Positions 47,704-58,300 of a stretch of 64,000 bases of DNA are shown here, piece by piece. This stretch comes from a virus (lineage: Duplodnaviria; Caudoviricetes): IMG/VR virus record IMGVR_UViG_3300030202_001666, positions 393 to 64,392 of that record, one strand, 5' to 3'. Under the pieces are notes generated by a model that was given only the letters and a program-made list of their open reading frames with translations, ran no database searches and had not been told where the DNA came from. Numbering within the stretch: position 1 is the first letter of the stretch; each line of letters begins with the position of its first letter. Made by a program: the position numbers and the translations under genes.

Positions 47704-47887
47704 TGTTCATTGTGCTCATTTTGGCAAAGATTTAAGTTTATATAAAAATTTATTTTATTTTATTTTTTTCTATATATATAATTATACTTATTTTGAACAT
47801 TTTGAACACAAAAAAAAATAAATACTTTAAAATCAGAGTATTGAGTAGAAATTAACTTAAATAAAATAAACACAAAATGAACATAAC
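47700..47887. repeat. AT-rich origin-like element, copy 2, upstream of the primase-helicase
   Basis: TGTGTTCA/TGAACA inverted motifs around an AT tract; shares blocks with 39440-39640. Confidence 0.55.
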
Positions 47888-50285
47888 AATATTCAAAGAC
47901 ATCAAAGATACTTCACAACCATTCTACAGACCGGTGGAGGTTATCTTAAAAAGAATACAAGAGGGTGCATCTAAAGATCTTGTAAAAAAAATCAGAAGTT
48001 CTAATGACAAAAGCCAAAGAAGTAAATACAAACAAAGTTTACCAGCTATTTGTTTTTCTGGAACATTTACCAAGCGTAATGATAATTCTATTAATGAGCA
48101 TAGTGGATTAATATGTTTAGATTTTGATGGCTACCCATCAAACAAAGAAATGCTACAAGAAAAAGAACGATTAGCAAAAAACAATTATGTATATAGTGCA
48201 TTTATTTCACCAAGTGGTAACGGAATTAAAGCACTTGTAAAGATTCCTGGAAACCCAGATATGCATAAAACTTATTTTAAAAGTTTAGAAAAACATTTTA
48301 ATTCAAATTATTTTGACAAGACTTCTAAAAATTTATCACGTGTGTGTTATGAATCTTATGATCCATTAATACATATTAATGAAACTTCAAGTTTATGGGA
48401 TAAGGTTGAAGAGCAAGAATACCAGGAGGTTATAAGAAATGTGGACCTTCCAACTTTGCCGGTCACAGATGAAAATAAAATAGTTGAGATACTTGTTAAG
48501 TGGTGGGAAAAAAAATATCCAATGAATGAAGGTGAACGAAATCATAATACATATGTACTTGCATCTGCCTTTAATGATTTTGGAATAAACCAAACATTAG
48601 CAGAGTATATTCTTAATAATTATAAGTCAAGAAACTTTACACAAGCTGAGATAAAAAGAACAATACAATCTGCATATGCAAACGTTCAAAATTTTGGTAC
48701 GAAATATTATGAGGATGAAGAGAAGGTAAACTTAATAAAGCACAAATTAAAGCGTGGCGTATCAAAAAAAGAAATCCGATCTCAATTAACAGAGTCGAAC
48801 ATCGAGGTCGGAGTAGTAGAAAACGTTATCAACCGACTCGAAGAAGAGCAATCAAATCATAAATTCTGGACTAAGACAGAGAAAGGAACTATTAAGATTG
48901 TACATATATTATTCAAACACTTTTTAGAAGAAAACGGATTCTACAAATTTAATCCAGTTGGTAGTAAGAATTATATTTTTGTAAGGGTGACTAATAATTT
49001 AATTGATCACACTTCAGAAAAAGAAATAAAAGATTTTATTTTAAATTATTTATTAGACATAGATGATTTAAGTGTATATAATTATTTTGCAGAAAACACA
49101 AGATATTTTAGAGAAGAGTTTCTCACTCTTTTATCTTCAATTGATGTTTATTTTATTGAAGACAATAAGAACACGTCTTACTTATATTATAGAAACGGAG
49201 CTGTAAAGATTACATATGGTGAAGTTAAAATTATAGACTACCTGGACATAGGTGGTTATGTATGGAAGGATCATGTAATTGATAGAGACTTTGACAAGTG
49301 TGAAAGTATTGAGTGTGATTATAAAACATTTATAGAAAACATTTGTGGAAAAAATGAAAGTAGAGTTAAGTCTATGCGTTCCACAATAGGTTACCTATTG
49401 CATGGTTGGAAGAACTTATCTTATAGTCCAGCAGTAATATTGAATGATGAAGTTATCTCAGACTTTCCTCAAGGTGGATCAGGTAAGGGTTTGTATATGA
49501 ATGCTTTGGCACATATGAAGAAACTGGTTGTAATTGATGGCAAGTCTTTTAACTTTGAGAAATCATTTGCATATCAATTAGTTTCTGCCGACACTCAGAT
49601 ATTATGTTTTGACGATGTAAAAAAACATTTTGATTTTGAAAGATTATTTAGTGTTGTAACTGAAGGTCTAACCCTGGAAAAGAAAAACAAAGATGCAATT
49701 AAGATTCCATTTAGTAAAAGTCCTAAAGTATCTATAACAACAAACTATGCTATTAAAGGAAAAGGTAATTCATTTGAAAGAAGGAAGTGGGAGTTGGAGT
49801 TGGCTCATTACTATACTAAAGACTTTACACCGTTAGAGGAGTTTGGTAAGTTAATGTTTGGTGAGTGGACAGATGATGAATGGTGTCAGTTTGACAACTA
49901 TATGATTGAGTGTTTACAATTGTATTTAGAGCATGGATTAATTAAGAGTGACTTTGTTAACTTAAAAATTAGACAATTATCTGCCGAAAGTTGTCATGAG
50001 TTTATTGAGTGGTGTGGAATAATAGGAGGAACTAAAAATGAAAAACTTGTGCTCGGTCAAAAATTATACAAGAACGATTTGTATTTAGACTTTGTGGATG
50101 AGAATCCAGACTTTGCACCCAAGGCCAAAATGACTGTGTCAAGAACTAAATTTAATAAATGGTTGTTAGCTTATTCGGAATATGAATATGGTTGTTTACC
50201 AGAAGAAGGAAGAGATGGTCCTGGAAAGTGGTTAAGGTTTAGAAACAAACAAGCATTAGAATTACAAACTGATTTTGAATTTTAA
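47877..50285 (+). CDS. primase-helicase (BT4734/VirE-N-type primase, PriCT-like domain, P-loop helicase)
   Basis: K..LPAI.FSG.F, HSGLICLDFD, SPSGNGIKAL, GERN, Walker A GGSGKG, Walker B LCFDD, ITTN. Confidence 0.85.
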   Translation: MNITIFKDIKDTSQPFYRPVEVILKRIQEGASKDLVKKIRSSNDKSQRSKYKQSLPAICFSGTFTKRNDNSINEHSGLICLDFDGYPSNKEMLQEKERLAKNNYVYSAFISPSGNGIKALVKIPGNPDMHKTYFKSLEKHFNSNYFDKTSKNLSRVCYESYDPLIHINETSSLWDKVEEQEYQEVIRNVDLPTLPVTDENKIVEILVKWWEKKYPMNEGERNHNTYVLASAFNDFGINQTLAEYILNNYKSRNFTQAEIKRTIQSAYANVQNFGTKYYEDEEKVNLIKHKLKRGVSKKEIRSQLTESNIEVGVVENVINRLEEEQSNHKFWTKTEKGTIKIVHILFKHFLEENGFYKFNPVGSKNYIFVRVTNNLIDHTSEKEIKDFILNYLLDIDDLSVYNYFAENTRYFREEFLTLLSSIDVYFIEDNKNTSYLYYRNGAVKITYGEVKIIDYLDIGGYVWKDHVIDRDFDKCESIECDYKTFIENICGKNESRVKSMRSTIGYLLHGWKNLSYSPAVILNDEVISDFPQGGSGKGLYMNALAHMKKLVVIDGKSFNFEKSFAYQLVSADTQILCFDDVKKHFDFERLFSVVTEGLTLEKKNKDAIKIPFSKSPKVSITTNYAIKGKGNSFERRKWELELAHYYTKDFTPLEEFGKLMFGEWTDDEWCQFDNYMIECLQLYLEHGLIKSDFVNLKIRQLSAESCHEFIEWCGIIGGTKNEKLVLGQKLYKNDLYLDFVDENPDFAPKAKMTVSRTKFNKWLLAYSEYEYGCLPEEGRDGPGKWLRFRNKQALELQTDFEF

Positions 50286-50288
50286 ATT

Positions 50289-51542
50289 ATGAAAAACATA
50301 ACAGTATTAGATTTGTTTTCAGGTATAGGAGGTTTTCATTTGGGCTTAGAGAAAGCTGGATACAAAGTGAAATCTTATTATTCTGAAATAGATAAACACG
50401 CAATAGCAGTATATAAAAATAACTTTAAAAATAGTAAATATGTCGGATCAATTACAGATGTTCGAGGAGAACAACTACCAAAAATACACGCTATCACCTT
50501 TGGAAGCCCTTGCCAAGACTTTAGTGTTGCTGGAAATCGTCAAGGGATGGGAGGACAACGATCAAGCCTTATCCTTGAAGCCATTAGACTCATTGATGAG
50601 TGCAGACCAAGAGTTTTTATCTGGGAAAATGTTAAAGGAACGTTCAGCTCAAACTCTGGCGAAGATTTTGCGTCAATCCTCCAAGCCTTTACCAACATTG
50701 GGGGCTATCGACTTGAATGGCAATTGTGTAATACAGCGTGGCTACTACCCCAAAATAGAGAGAGAGTGTACCTTGTCGGATATTCTGCAAAAACCAAACG
50801 AAATTGGAAAGGAATTTTTCCTCTCAGAATCAGCCCACAAACGACTACAACAGTATCAGAAGGACACGCCCAAGTAAGTAATTTTTCACCAAGAGAGTTT
50901 GGCTTCAAAGATACTTCACCAGCTTTATTGTCCAGGGATTATAAAGATCCTAAGATTGTTAAGGCTGCCGACTATAGAAATGATGAGGGTTTAAGAATAA
51001 GAGAAAATGGTGACACGCCTTGCCTATCAGCACGTAGGCACAGTGAGAAAGATATTAGTACTATGCCACCTTTAATTGTTTCTGGTGCATTACGTACACA
51101 CCCTCGGACTTCATCTAATGACAAGAACAGAGTGAAACGTTTAGAGACTCGAACTGATGATATATCAAATGCAGTCACCACACACCCATTAGATAGTGTA
51201 GTTGTAAATAGTTTAAACGAAAATCAACAGAACAAAATGGATAAATTAAATGTTGATCCTTCGGTCAGTGGAACTTTAACTGAAGCTATTGGTAGAGGTG
51301 GTTCTTCAGGAGAATATTTATCTATGCTTAAAAAAAATCAAATAAATACTGGAGATGTAAGAAGGTTAACACCAGTTGAATGTGAAAGACTTCAAGGATT
51401 TCCAGATGACTGGACACTTGAAGGAGATTATGATGGTGAGATAAAACCAGTAAGTAATACGCAAAGATATAAGATGTGTGGTAATGCTGTAACTGTAGAT
51501 GTTGTGGCTGCCGTAGCCAAAAGAATAAAACCAATTTTATGA
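50289..51542 (+). CDS. C5 DNA cytosine methyltransferase with a long multi-TRD variable region
   Basis: DLFSGIGG, GSPCQDFS, WENVKG, QNRERV, RRLTPVECERLQGFPD, RYKMCGNAV. Confidence 0.95.
   Translation: MKNITVLDLFSGIGGFHLGLEKAGYKVKSYYSEIDKHAIAVYKNNFKNSKYVGSITDVRGEQLPKIHAITFGSPCQDFSVAGNRQGMGGQRSSLILEAIRLIDECRPRVFIWENVKGTFSSNSGEDFASILQAFTNIGGYRLEWQLCNTAWLLPQNRERVYLVGYSAKTKRNWKGIFPLRISPQTTTTVSEGHAQVSNFSPREFGFKDTSPALLSRDYKDPKIVKAADYRNDEGLRIRENGDTPCLSARRHSEKDISTMPPLIVSGALRTHPRTSSNDKNRVKRLETRTDDISNAVTTHPLDSVVVNSLNENQQNKMDKLNVDPSVSGTLTEAIGRGGSSGEYLSMLKKNQINTGDVRRLTPVECERLQGFPDDWTLEGDYDGEIKPVSNTQRYKMCGNAVTVDVVAAVAKRIKPIL
50440..50877 (+). CDS. out-of-frame nested ORF, M.EcoHK31I beta-subunit-like
   Basis: 145 aa in the +1 frame; ...ERECTLSDILQ...KEFFLS resembles the recalled EcoHK31I beta C-terminus. 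Confidence 0.65.
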   Translation: MSDQLQMFEENNYQKYTLSPLEALAKTLVLLEIVKGWEDNDQALSLKPLDSLMSADQEFLSGKMLKERSAQTLAKILRQSSKPLPTLGAIDLNGNCVIQRGYYPKIERECTLSDILQKPNEIGKEFFLSESAHKRLQQYQKDTPK

Positions 51543-52768
51543 AGCTAAGAGATTATCAACAACAGATAGTAAATGAAGGCTTACCTATACTTAAAAAAGA
51601 TAAATTTTTGTATCTTGCCCTTGAGGTTAGAACGGGTAAGACACTTACGAGTTTGAGTATGAGTAACCTCTTACCTGTATCTAATCTTTTGTTTCTTACT
51701 AAGAAGAAAGCCATAAGTAGTATAGAAAAAGACTACAAACTTTTATCTCCTTCATACAATATTACCGTTATTAATTACGAGTCGGTTCATAAAATACCTT
51801 TAAAAGGATACGACATGATAATCCTGGACGAAGCACATTGTCTGGGTGCATATCCTAAAGCAAGTAAAAGAGCAAAGCAGGTCAGAACTTTAATATCCAA
51901 TAATGATTGTTATGTAATTCTATTGTCTGGAACTCCTACTCCAGAATCTTACAGTCAAATGTACCATCAAGTATATGGTATACCTAACAATCCATTTGCT
52001 CGTTACAAAAACTTTTATAGATTTTGTGATCACTATGTAGATGTTCAAATAAAACCAATTGGTGGCATACCACATAAAGATTACAGTAGAGGGCTCGAAG
52101 ATATTATTTATAAAATGAAACCATATACAATATCATATACACAAAAAGAAGCTGGGTTCAAAGTAGAAACCACAGAAGAAATATGTTATGTTGATTTGTG
52201 TGATTCAGTATTAGATTTAATTAAAAGACTAAAAAAAGATAGAGTAATACAAGGAAGAGATGAAGTTATCCTTGCTGACACTGGAGTAAAGTTGATGTCT
52301 AAATCTCATCAGTTATATTCTGGTACAGTAAAATTTGAAAGTGGTAAGTCTCAAGTTTTCTGCACTGCCAAAGGAAATTTTATATATGATAAGTTTAAAG
52401 GAAAAAAAATCGCTATCTTTTATAAGTTTAAAGCTGAGTTAGAAGCACTTCAAGAGTCTTACAATGGTAATCTTTGTACAACTTTAGAAGAATTTAATTC
52501 AACAGATAAAAATATTGCTCTGCAAATTGTCAGTGGAAGAGAGGGGATTAGTTTGGAAGCTGCCCAGGCGTTGGTTTATTATAATATAGATTTCTCAGCG
52601 ACTTCTTACTGGCAAAGCAGAGATAGAATGACAACTAAAAATAGATTGTATAATAAAATTTATTGGATATTCTCAAGAAACGGAATTGAAAAACAAATTT
52701 ATAAAGCTGTAGTTAAGAAAAAAGACTACACCCTAAATCATTTTCGTAGGGATTTATTAGATTTGTAG
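51539..52768 (+). CDS. SNF2/SF2-like helicase
   Basis: LRDYQ, RTGKT, ILDEAH, LSGTP, SGREGISL, QSRDR. Confidence 0.85.
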   Translation: MKLRDYQQQIVNEGLPILKKDKFLYLALEVRTGKTLTSLSMSNLLPVSNLLFLTKKKAISSIEKDYKLLSPSYNITVINYESVHKIPLKGYDMIILDEAHCLGAYPKASKRAKQVRTLISNNDCYVILLSGTPTPESYSQMYHQVYGIPNNPFARYKNFYRFCDHYVDVQIKPIGGIPHKDYSRGLEDIIYKMKPYTISYTQKEAGFKVETTEEICYVDLCDSVLDLIKRLKKDRVIQGRDEVILADTGVKLMSKSHQLYSGTVKFESGKSQVFCTAKGNFIYDKFKGKKIAIFYKFKAELEALQESYNGNLCTTLEEFNSTDKNIALQIVSGREGISLEAAQALVYYNIDFSATSYWQSRDRMTTKNRLYNKIYWIFSRNGIEKQIYKAVVKKKDYTLNHFRRDLLDL

Positions 52769-52769
52769 T

Positions 52770-53009
52770 ATGACTGAGCAACAAATCCAAGCTAAAAGAA
52801 TTAAAGAATTGGAGGATGAAGGATACTATGTTATCAAACTTATCAAAACAAATAAAAACGGTATACCCGATCTTATTGGCATTCCGAGAGACTCCAATGT
52901 CTTATTTTCGGAGATTAAAAAAGTCCGTGGTAAAGTATCTGCCCTTCAAAAATATAGGATAGAAGAATTAAAAGATCATGGAATCAAGACTGAAATATAC
53001 AGAGGATAA
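52770..53009 (+). CDS. VRR-NUC family nuclease (possible resolvase)
   Basis: TEQQIQ...GIPDLI...FSEIK...S.LQ. Confidence 0.8.
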   Translation: MTEQQIQAKRIKELEDEGYYVIKLIKTNKNGIPDLIGIPRDSNVLFSEIKKVRGKVSALQKYRIEELKDHGIKTEIYRG

Positions 53010-53343
53010 ATTTTATGACATGGAAGATGATTTCATGGATTTTTTTCATTCATGCAATCCATTTCTGGCATTTAAAATTGCACAATATTTAGATAGATAT
53101 TTAAAAGTTGTTCCTAACAACCAGAATATTACTCAAATTAGAGCTGGTGTAGTTAGGTATGAAGGTGAGTCTGTATTTTTTGCAGTAGAAATAGTAAAGA
53201 TACCTGGTTTACTTATGAGTCTATCTGATATAGATTTAATCAGTGCCGATGAGTATTTAGATTTAAGGAATATGAATTATTATATTAAAACCAATGACGA
53301 AAACCCTTACTACGTTAACCCAGATAGTTTGCTCAACGTTTGA
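52978..53343 (+). CDS. hypothetical protein
   Basis: 121 aa ORF in the operon. Confidence 0.55.
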   Translation: MESRLKYTEDKFYDMEDDFMDFFHSCNPFLAFKIAQYLDRYLKVVPNNQNITQIRAGVVRYEGESVFFAVEIVKIPGLLMSLSDIDLISADEYLDLRNMNYYIKTNDENPYYVNPDSLLNV

Positions 53344-53761
53344 CATAGAAGAAATCAACACCATTTCTCGGAAAACAAAATTTATTTACGCAAGAGCTAT
53401 TCTATATTCATTGATGCGTAATCATTTATTTATGACATACCAAGCAATTGGCAGAGTGTTTGATAAAAACCATGCCACAATTATACACGCTACAAAAGAG
53501 TTACCTTTTATGTTGAAGTATGATAAAGAGCTGGATAGAAAATACCAAAAAATTATAGCAGAATGGTTGGGTGATGACGTAGAAGAGGCTCAAACCCCTG
53601 AATTAGTGCGAAAAAATTTGGAAAATGAAATAAATTTCCTAAATTTGGAAATATTGAGACTTAAAAAACAAGTCCAATCGCAAAAGTCAATCATAGAGCA
53701 ATTTAAAAAATCTAAAGAAACTGCCGGGAAACAGTCATTTAGAAATTGGATTAATCTGTAA
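53294..53761 (+). CDS. second DnaA C-terminal-like HTH protein
   Basis: SRKTKFIYAR...TYQAIGRVFDKNHATIIHA. Confidence 0.75.
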   Translation: MTKTLTTLTQIVCSTFDIEEINTISRKTKFIYARAILYSLMRNHLFMTYQAIGRVFDKNHATIIHATKELPFMLKYDKELDRKYQKIIAEWLGDDVEEAQTPELVRKNLENEINFLNLEILRLKKQVQSQKSIIEQFKKSKETAGKQSFRNWINL

Positions 53762-53767
53762 AAAAAA

Positions 53768-53980
53768 ATGGTTGACAATTCTGAACGTACTAATAGAGTT
53801 TCTTCAGATGATACACAAACGATAGCTCACATAAATCATGTGACTAACGGGCTTCACAACCTTACTAACGATCTCTACGAAGACTTGATGGAAAGAGATC
53901 ATGAAAAAGCAAAAGTAAAAGCAACTAACATTTGTAAATTAATGTCCGAACTAATACATAGTCTCACGGATGAAATATAA
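53768..53980 (+). CDS. hypothetical protein
   Basis: 70 aa helical. Confidence 0.55.
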   Translation: MVDNSERTNRVSSDDTQTIAHINHVTNGLHNLTNDLYEDLMERDHEKAKVKATNICKLMSELIHSLTDEI

Positions 53981-54695
53981 CATAGACGAAATAAGACCAA
54001 GGCTTTCTGGTAACAAACGTAAAGCGTTTGAAAATTTAAATAAAAAAGAAAGACGAATTTTAATCATAGGAGATTTACATGCTCCCTTTGTTTTAGATGG
54101 ATATTTAGAACACTGCCAAGATGTTTATGCTAAATACAACTGTAATCAAGTTATTTTTATTGGTGACATACTGGACAATCACGCCTTCTCATATCATGAG
54201 CCTGATCCAGATGGCTTATCACCTGGATCGGAATTAGTAATGGCAAAGAAGTTTGTAAAGGAATGGTATAATGCATTTCCAAAAGCTGATGTTTTAATTG
54301 GAAATCATGATCGTATGGCTTCTCGTAAGGCGATGACTGGGGGTGTACCTTCGGCATGGATACGATCCTACAACGATGTCTTAGGCACTCCTAAATGGAA
54401 TTGGGTTGAAACTATAGTGTATGATAATGTGTTATACGAGCATGGTGAAGGAGGTCAAGCAAAGACAAAAGCTAAAAATAATATGATGTCAAGCGTGTGC
54501 GGTCACATTCATACTGAAGCATATGTACAATGGTTTGTCGGTAAAAGGTTTCGAGTGTTTGGAATGCAAGTAGGGTGTGGTGTAGATGCAAAAACTTATG
54601 CGGCTGCTTATGCTAAAAATTTTAAAAAACAAGCAATTGGATGTGGTGTCGTGGTTGGAGGGCATACAGCTATAAATTGTTTAATGGAGTTATGA
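53970..54695 (+). CDS. calcineurin-like metallophosphoesterase
   Basis: GDLH, GDILD, GNHD, HG and GHIH motifs. Confidence 0.9.
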   Translation: MKYNIDEIRPRLSGNKRKAFENLNKKERRILIIGDLHAPFVLDGYLEHCQDVYAKYNCNQVIFIGDILDNHAFSYHEPDPDGLSPGSELVMAKKFVKEWYNAFPKADVLIGNHDRMASRKAMTGGVPSAWIRSYNDVLGTPKWNWVETIVYDNVLYEHGEGGQAKTKAKNNMMSSVCGHIHTEAYVQWFVGKRFRVFGMQVGCGVDAKTYAAAYAKNFKKQAIGCGVVVGGHTAINCLMEL

Positions 54696-54799
54696 CCTCA
54701 AAAGAAATAATTAAAAAGATAATTAAATTAAAACTCGAGTATCCACAAACACAAGAGATTAAAAAAAAGATATATCAACTTCAACAACAACTTAAATGA
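54692..54799 (+). CDS. hypothetical 35-aa protein missed by the track
   Basis: MTSKEIIKKIIKLKLEYPQTQEIKKKIYQLQQQLK*; ATGA-coupled at both ends. Confidence 0.45.
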   Translation: MTSKEIIKKIIKLKLEYPQTQEIKKKIYQLQQQLK

Positions 54800-55122
54800 A
54801 TAAACCATTAGTAGTATCTCTTCATAAATTTGCAGAAACAGTAGCCAAAAGATTTTCAAAACCAAACCGAGAAGGTAACTATAAAGCTGAGACTTTTAGT
54901 GTTTATGAAGTTATACCAACTTCAGATCAAACTGCCGTAGTATTTTTTAAAAAATCTACAAAAAAATTAGGTATGGCTTTTTTTTATTATATCAATAGAG
55001 GTTCTTCTATGGGTTGGAAATATTTTTTTCCTACAGATTCACACGTGGTAGGCATGATGGCAACGCACTTCTATAAGTTAGAAGTGGAAAGATATAATAT
55101 GTCTAAAAACTTTGGAAATTAA
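54796..55122 (+). CDS. hypothetical protein
   Basis: 108 aa, last plus-strand gene. Confidence 0.6.
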   Translation: MNKPLVVSLHKFAETVAKRFSKPNREGNYKAETFSVYEVIPTSDQTAVVFFKKSTKKLGMAFFYYINRGSSMGWKYFFPTDSHVVGMMATHFYKLEVERYNMSKNFGN

Positions 55123-55384
55123 TTAGTAATTTTGCAACCGTTTTTGAATCTCTAAGTTCTTTACAGATTTCATACTGCTCTACTGAATTAAAATACTCTA
55201 TCAAAATATCATATACATCATCCTCCATTGGAATATATTTTCTGGTAGGATTAAAAATAAAAGCACAACCTAAATCTTTTTCAAGTAGTTCTTCATGAGA
55301 CGATTTACCTGTCAACACTAAATAGCTATTATACATACAAGTGTACTCATCAAAATCTTCTATGTCGTAACTCTTCATTTTCAT
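55103..55384 (-). CDS. hypothetical protein
   Basis: 93 aa, coupled to the giant gene's stop. Confidence 0.55.
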   Translation of the reverse strand: MKMKSYDIEDFDEYTCMYNSYLVLTGKSSHEELLEKDLGCAFIFNPTRKYIPMEDDVYDILIEYFNSVEQYEICKELRDSKTVAKLLINFQSF

Positions 55385-58300
55385 TGGTTAAAATAATATT
55401 CATCCATTTCTTTTCTGTACTCTCTTTCTAATCTTTCCTGTTCCTCTTCAGCTTCTCTTATTTCATCTGCGTACTCTAATTCATACTGTTGCTCTTCTCT
55501 AAGCATTTGATCATACTCTTCCGGGAAGTATCTCTGTAATTCTCTTCTGGTTAAGTTAGGTGATTTTGGTTTCTTAGTTCTTTGTTGAGGTCCTGATTGT
55601 ATATAGTCACTGAAACTAAATAGTTTTAGTATAGCATCACCCATATCCTCTGGACCTTCTGCTAATGCCATATAGTTGTCAAGTAATCTTTTTAGTTGAG
55701 GTCCTGGTATACCAGTTAAGGTTGTTAGTTCTAAATAAAATCTTGTTGTATACTCTTGTTTTTTAATAGGATCTTTTGTTTTATTAGCTTGACTATACAA
55801 TCTACTCATATTTGCAGCTTGTTCAATCACTGGTAAACTTGAAGGAGTTGCCGCCCAATATTTACCAGTTGCAGTATCTTTTGCAATATTTAATAAATCA
55901 CCAATAATAAATAATGCATTTAAGTTACCCATAAAACCAGCTAAGACTAACTCTTCTTTATCATCATCTCTTCTGTCTCTAAGTAAACCTGGAGCACCTA
56001 AACTTACATATCTAAATAAGGTTGGCATAATAAAGTGATAAACCATAAGTGTTCTTAAATTTTGCCAATATGTTCCTTTACCTTGTTTATTTCCACTTCT
56101 CAGTTTTCTGTAAAAATTACGTGCAGCAATTATCTCTCTTCTTAAATACTGTTTAGGAGTTGTTAAGAACATATTAAATGCTCTTTGGTATACATTTCCA
56201 GTTTGGAAATAATCCTTGTCTTGTAAATCGTAAGACTGCTGAGTTCTTAAAGTATCTTGCTCAAATCTTTTTATTGCATAATCAATTGCATCTTGTTCCG
56301 TAGCGTTTTCATTTTCCGATAAGTATTGAGCTTTATAAAATCTATAATTAGGTAAACCTCCTAACATAATAGCACCTTTATCACCAAGCATCGTGAATGA
56401 CATTAGAGTATTTACAAATTGATTTTGCACTTCTCTATTAAAAACTTTTTGCACAATATTATTTTGTGCATCCATTTCTTTGAAATTTCTATCTTGATAT
56501 GTCTCAATCACACGTGTGATAGGTTTGCCGTATCTATCTTGTAACACGACAGAATTATCCATTATTTCTCTTAAGTCAGCTTTCCATTCTGTTGGATTCA
56601 TAGCTGCATACTTAATCCAGTTATCATATCCAATATCATTTCCATATGTAACAAAGGAAGTCATCTGTTTTAATATAAGAGTTGGATTAAAACCTAACCT
56701 TGAAAGTAAGAATGTATTGTTGAAGAAGTTAATAAATCCTGCGTCTTTTTGATTTTTAGCACCTTTGTTTGCAATCTTAGTTATCTGATCGTTTATATAT
56801 TTATTTATATTGTTACCAAATCTTTCTGCAATAACTTCTTTAACTGCCGAATCACTAAATACTTTATTGATATCTCTGATAGGAATAGCATAAGCAGCAA
56901 AGTATTCCATATCCCTGGTGTAATTTAACAATGCATCCACAGCATTTGTTTGTCTTATCGGTGAAATGTTTTCTTGTCTGAATTTTGTACTGGCTGCACT
57001 TACATTAGTAATCCAAGTTTTATTTTCAGAAGAAGCTAATAAATCCACACCAGTAATATCTTCGCCATCTCTATATAATCTACCTGCATAGTATTGATTC
57101 CACGGCATGTCGGCTCTGTAAACTTTTTGATATGTTTTATTATAATGCTCGTACTGAGCTGGGTAGAATTCTTGTACCATCCAATCACCTAATGTCACTA
57201 ACTTATCATCCAACTTTTCTTCTAACTCAGCTTTAATTCTTGAAGCATATTCTCCTTTGTTGCCGAACTTATTATCTTTTGTTTTTTTAAACTCTTGATT
57301 TAAGTAAGCCAATACACCACTAAAATTAGTAGGCTCGAAGGTAGCTTCAAAAGAACCTTCTAATGACGGATCAAGCCCTTGGTTTCTAAAATATAATATT
57401 TCGTTTTGCGATAACATTTTAGTATTCTCATTCATCTCTTTATATATCGCATTAAGTAAAACTTCTTTTTCTCCAGACTCCATAGTCTTATCAGCCTTTA
57501 CTCTGGCTTCTTCTTTTTCTAAAATATCTTGCTTGGCTTGACTGATAACAATAGCTTCAGTAACATTACTGTTTCTTCTATTGAATTTAGTCCATCTCTT
57601 TCCGTAAAGTTCAGTCATCTTCATACTGAACCCTAATTCATGTCTTAACATTCTACCTTTGTAAATTCTTGAAGCCTTTCTTATTTCATTTGATACCATC
57701 TCTTGCGAAAATCCTCCAAATAATTCCCCAGTTGATAAGGATATTCTGTCCATTAAACCAGCTAAATCTTCTGCCGATCCAAACACATATCTTTCAGCAG
57801 CTTTGATATTTTCTTTTACTCCAAGTGCTAATCTTTTTGTTACACTAATAGGTTTTATTTTACCTCTTGTAGCGTCTATTTTAATTTTATTTTTTAACTC
57901 TCTAAATTTTGCCAGAATATCACCTTGGGTAATATTTGTTACACCTTCATCTTTTAGTTCTTGTTCTGGATCAATAGACACACCCATTTCTTTTAACATT
58001 TTTAGTGTGTTGTTCATATACTTGGTGGAGTCTCTTAAAAGTTCTAACTGTAAACCAGTTATACCCATTGACTGAAGTTGCGATAAGCCAAATAAAATTT
58101 GTTCATATGCATTTGTTTTCTTCCCATTGTTTTGTTCCATGGATAAAGTGTTGTTGTAAGCAACTGCCATTCCTAAATCTGCCACTTCTTGTGCTTCTTC
58201 TGGTGTCAATGTTCTATTGACTTCAGTTTTTACACCACCTATACTTATGGTTTCTTTTTCTAAAGCCTCAATCTTAGCTAATAGTTTTGAATTGACTTCG

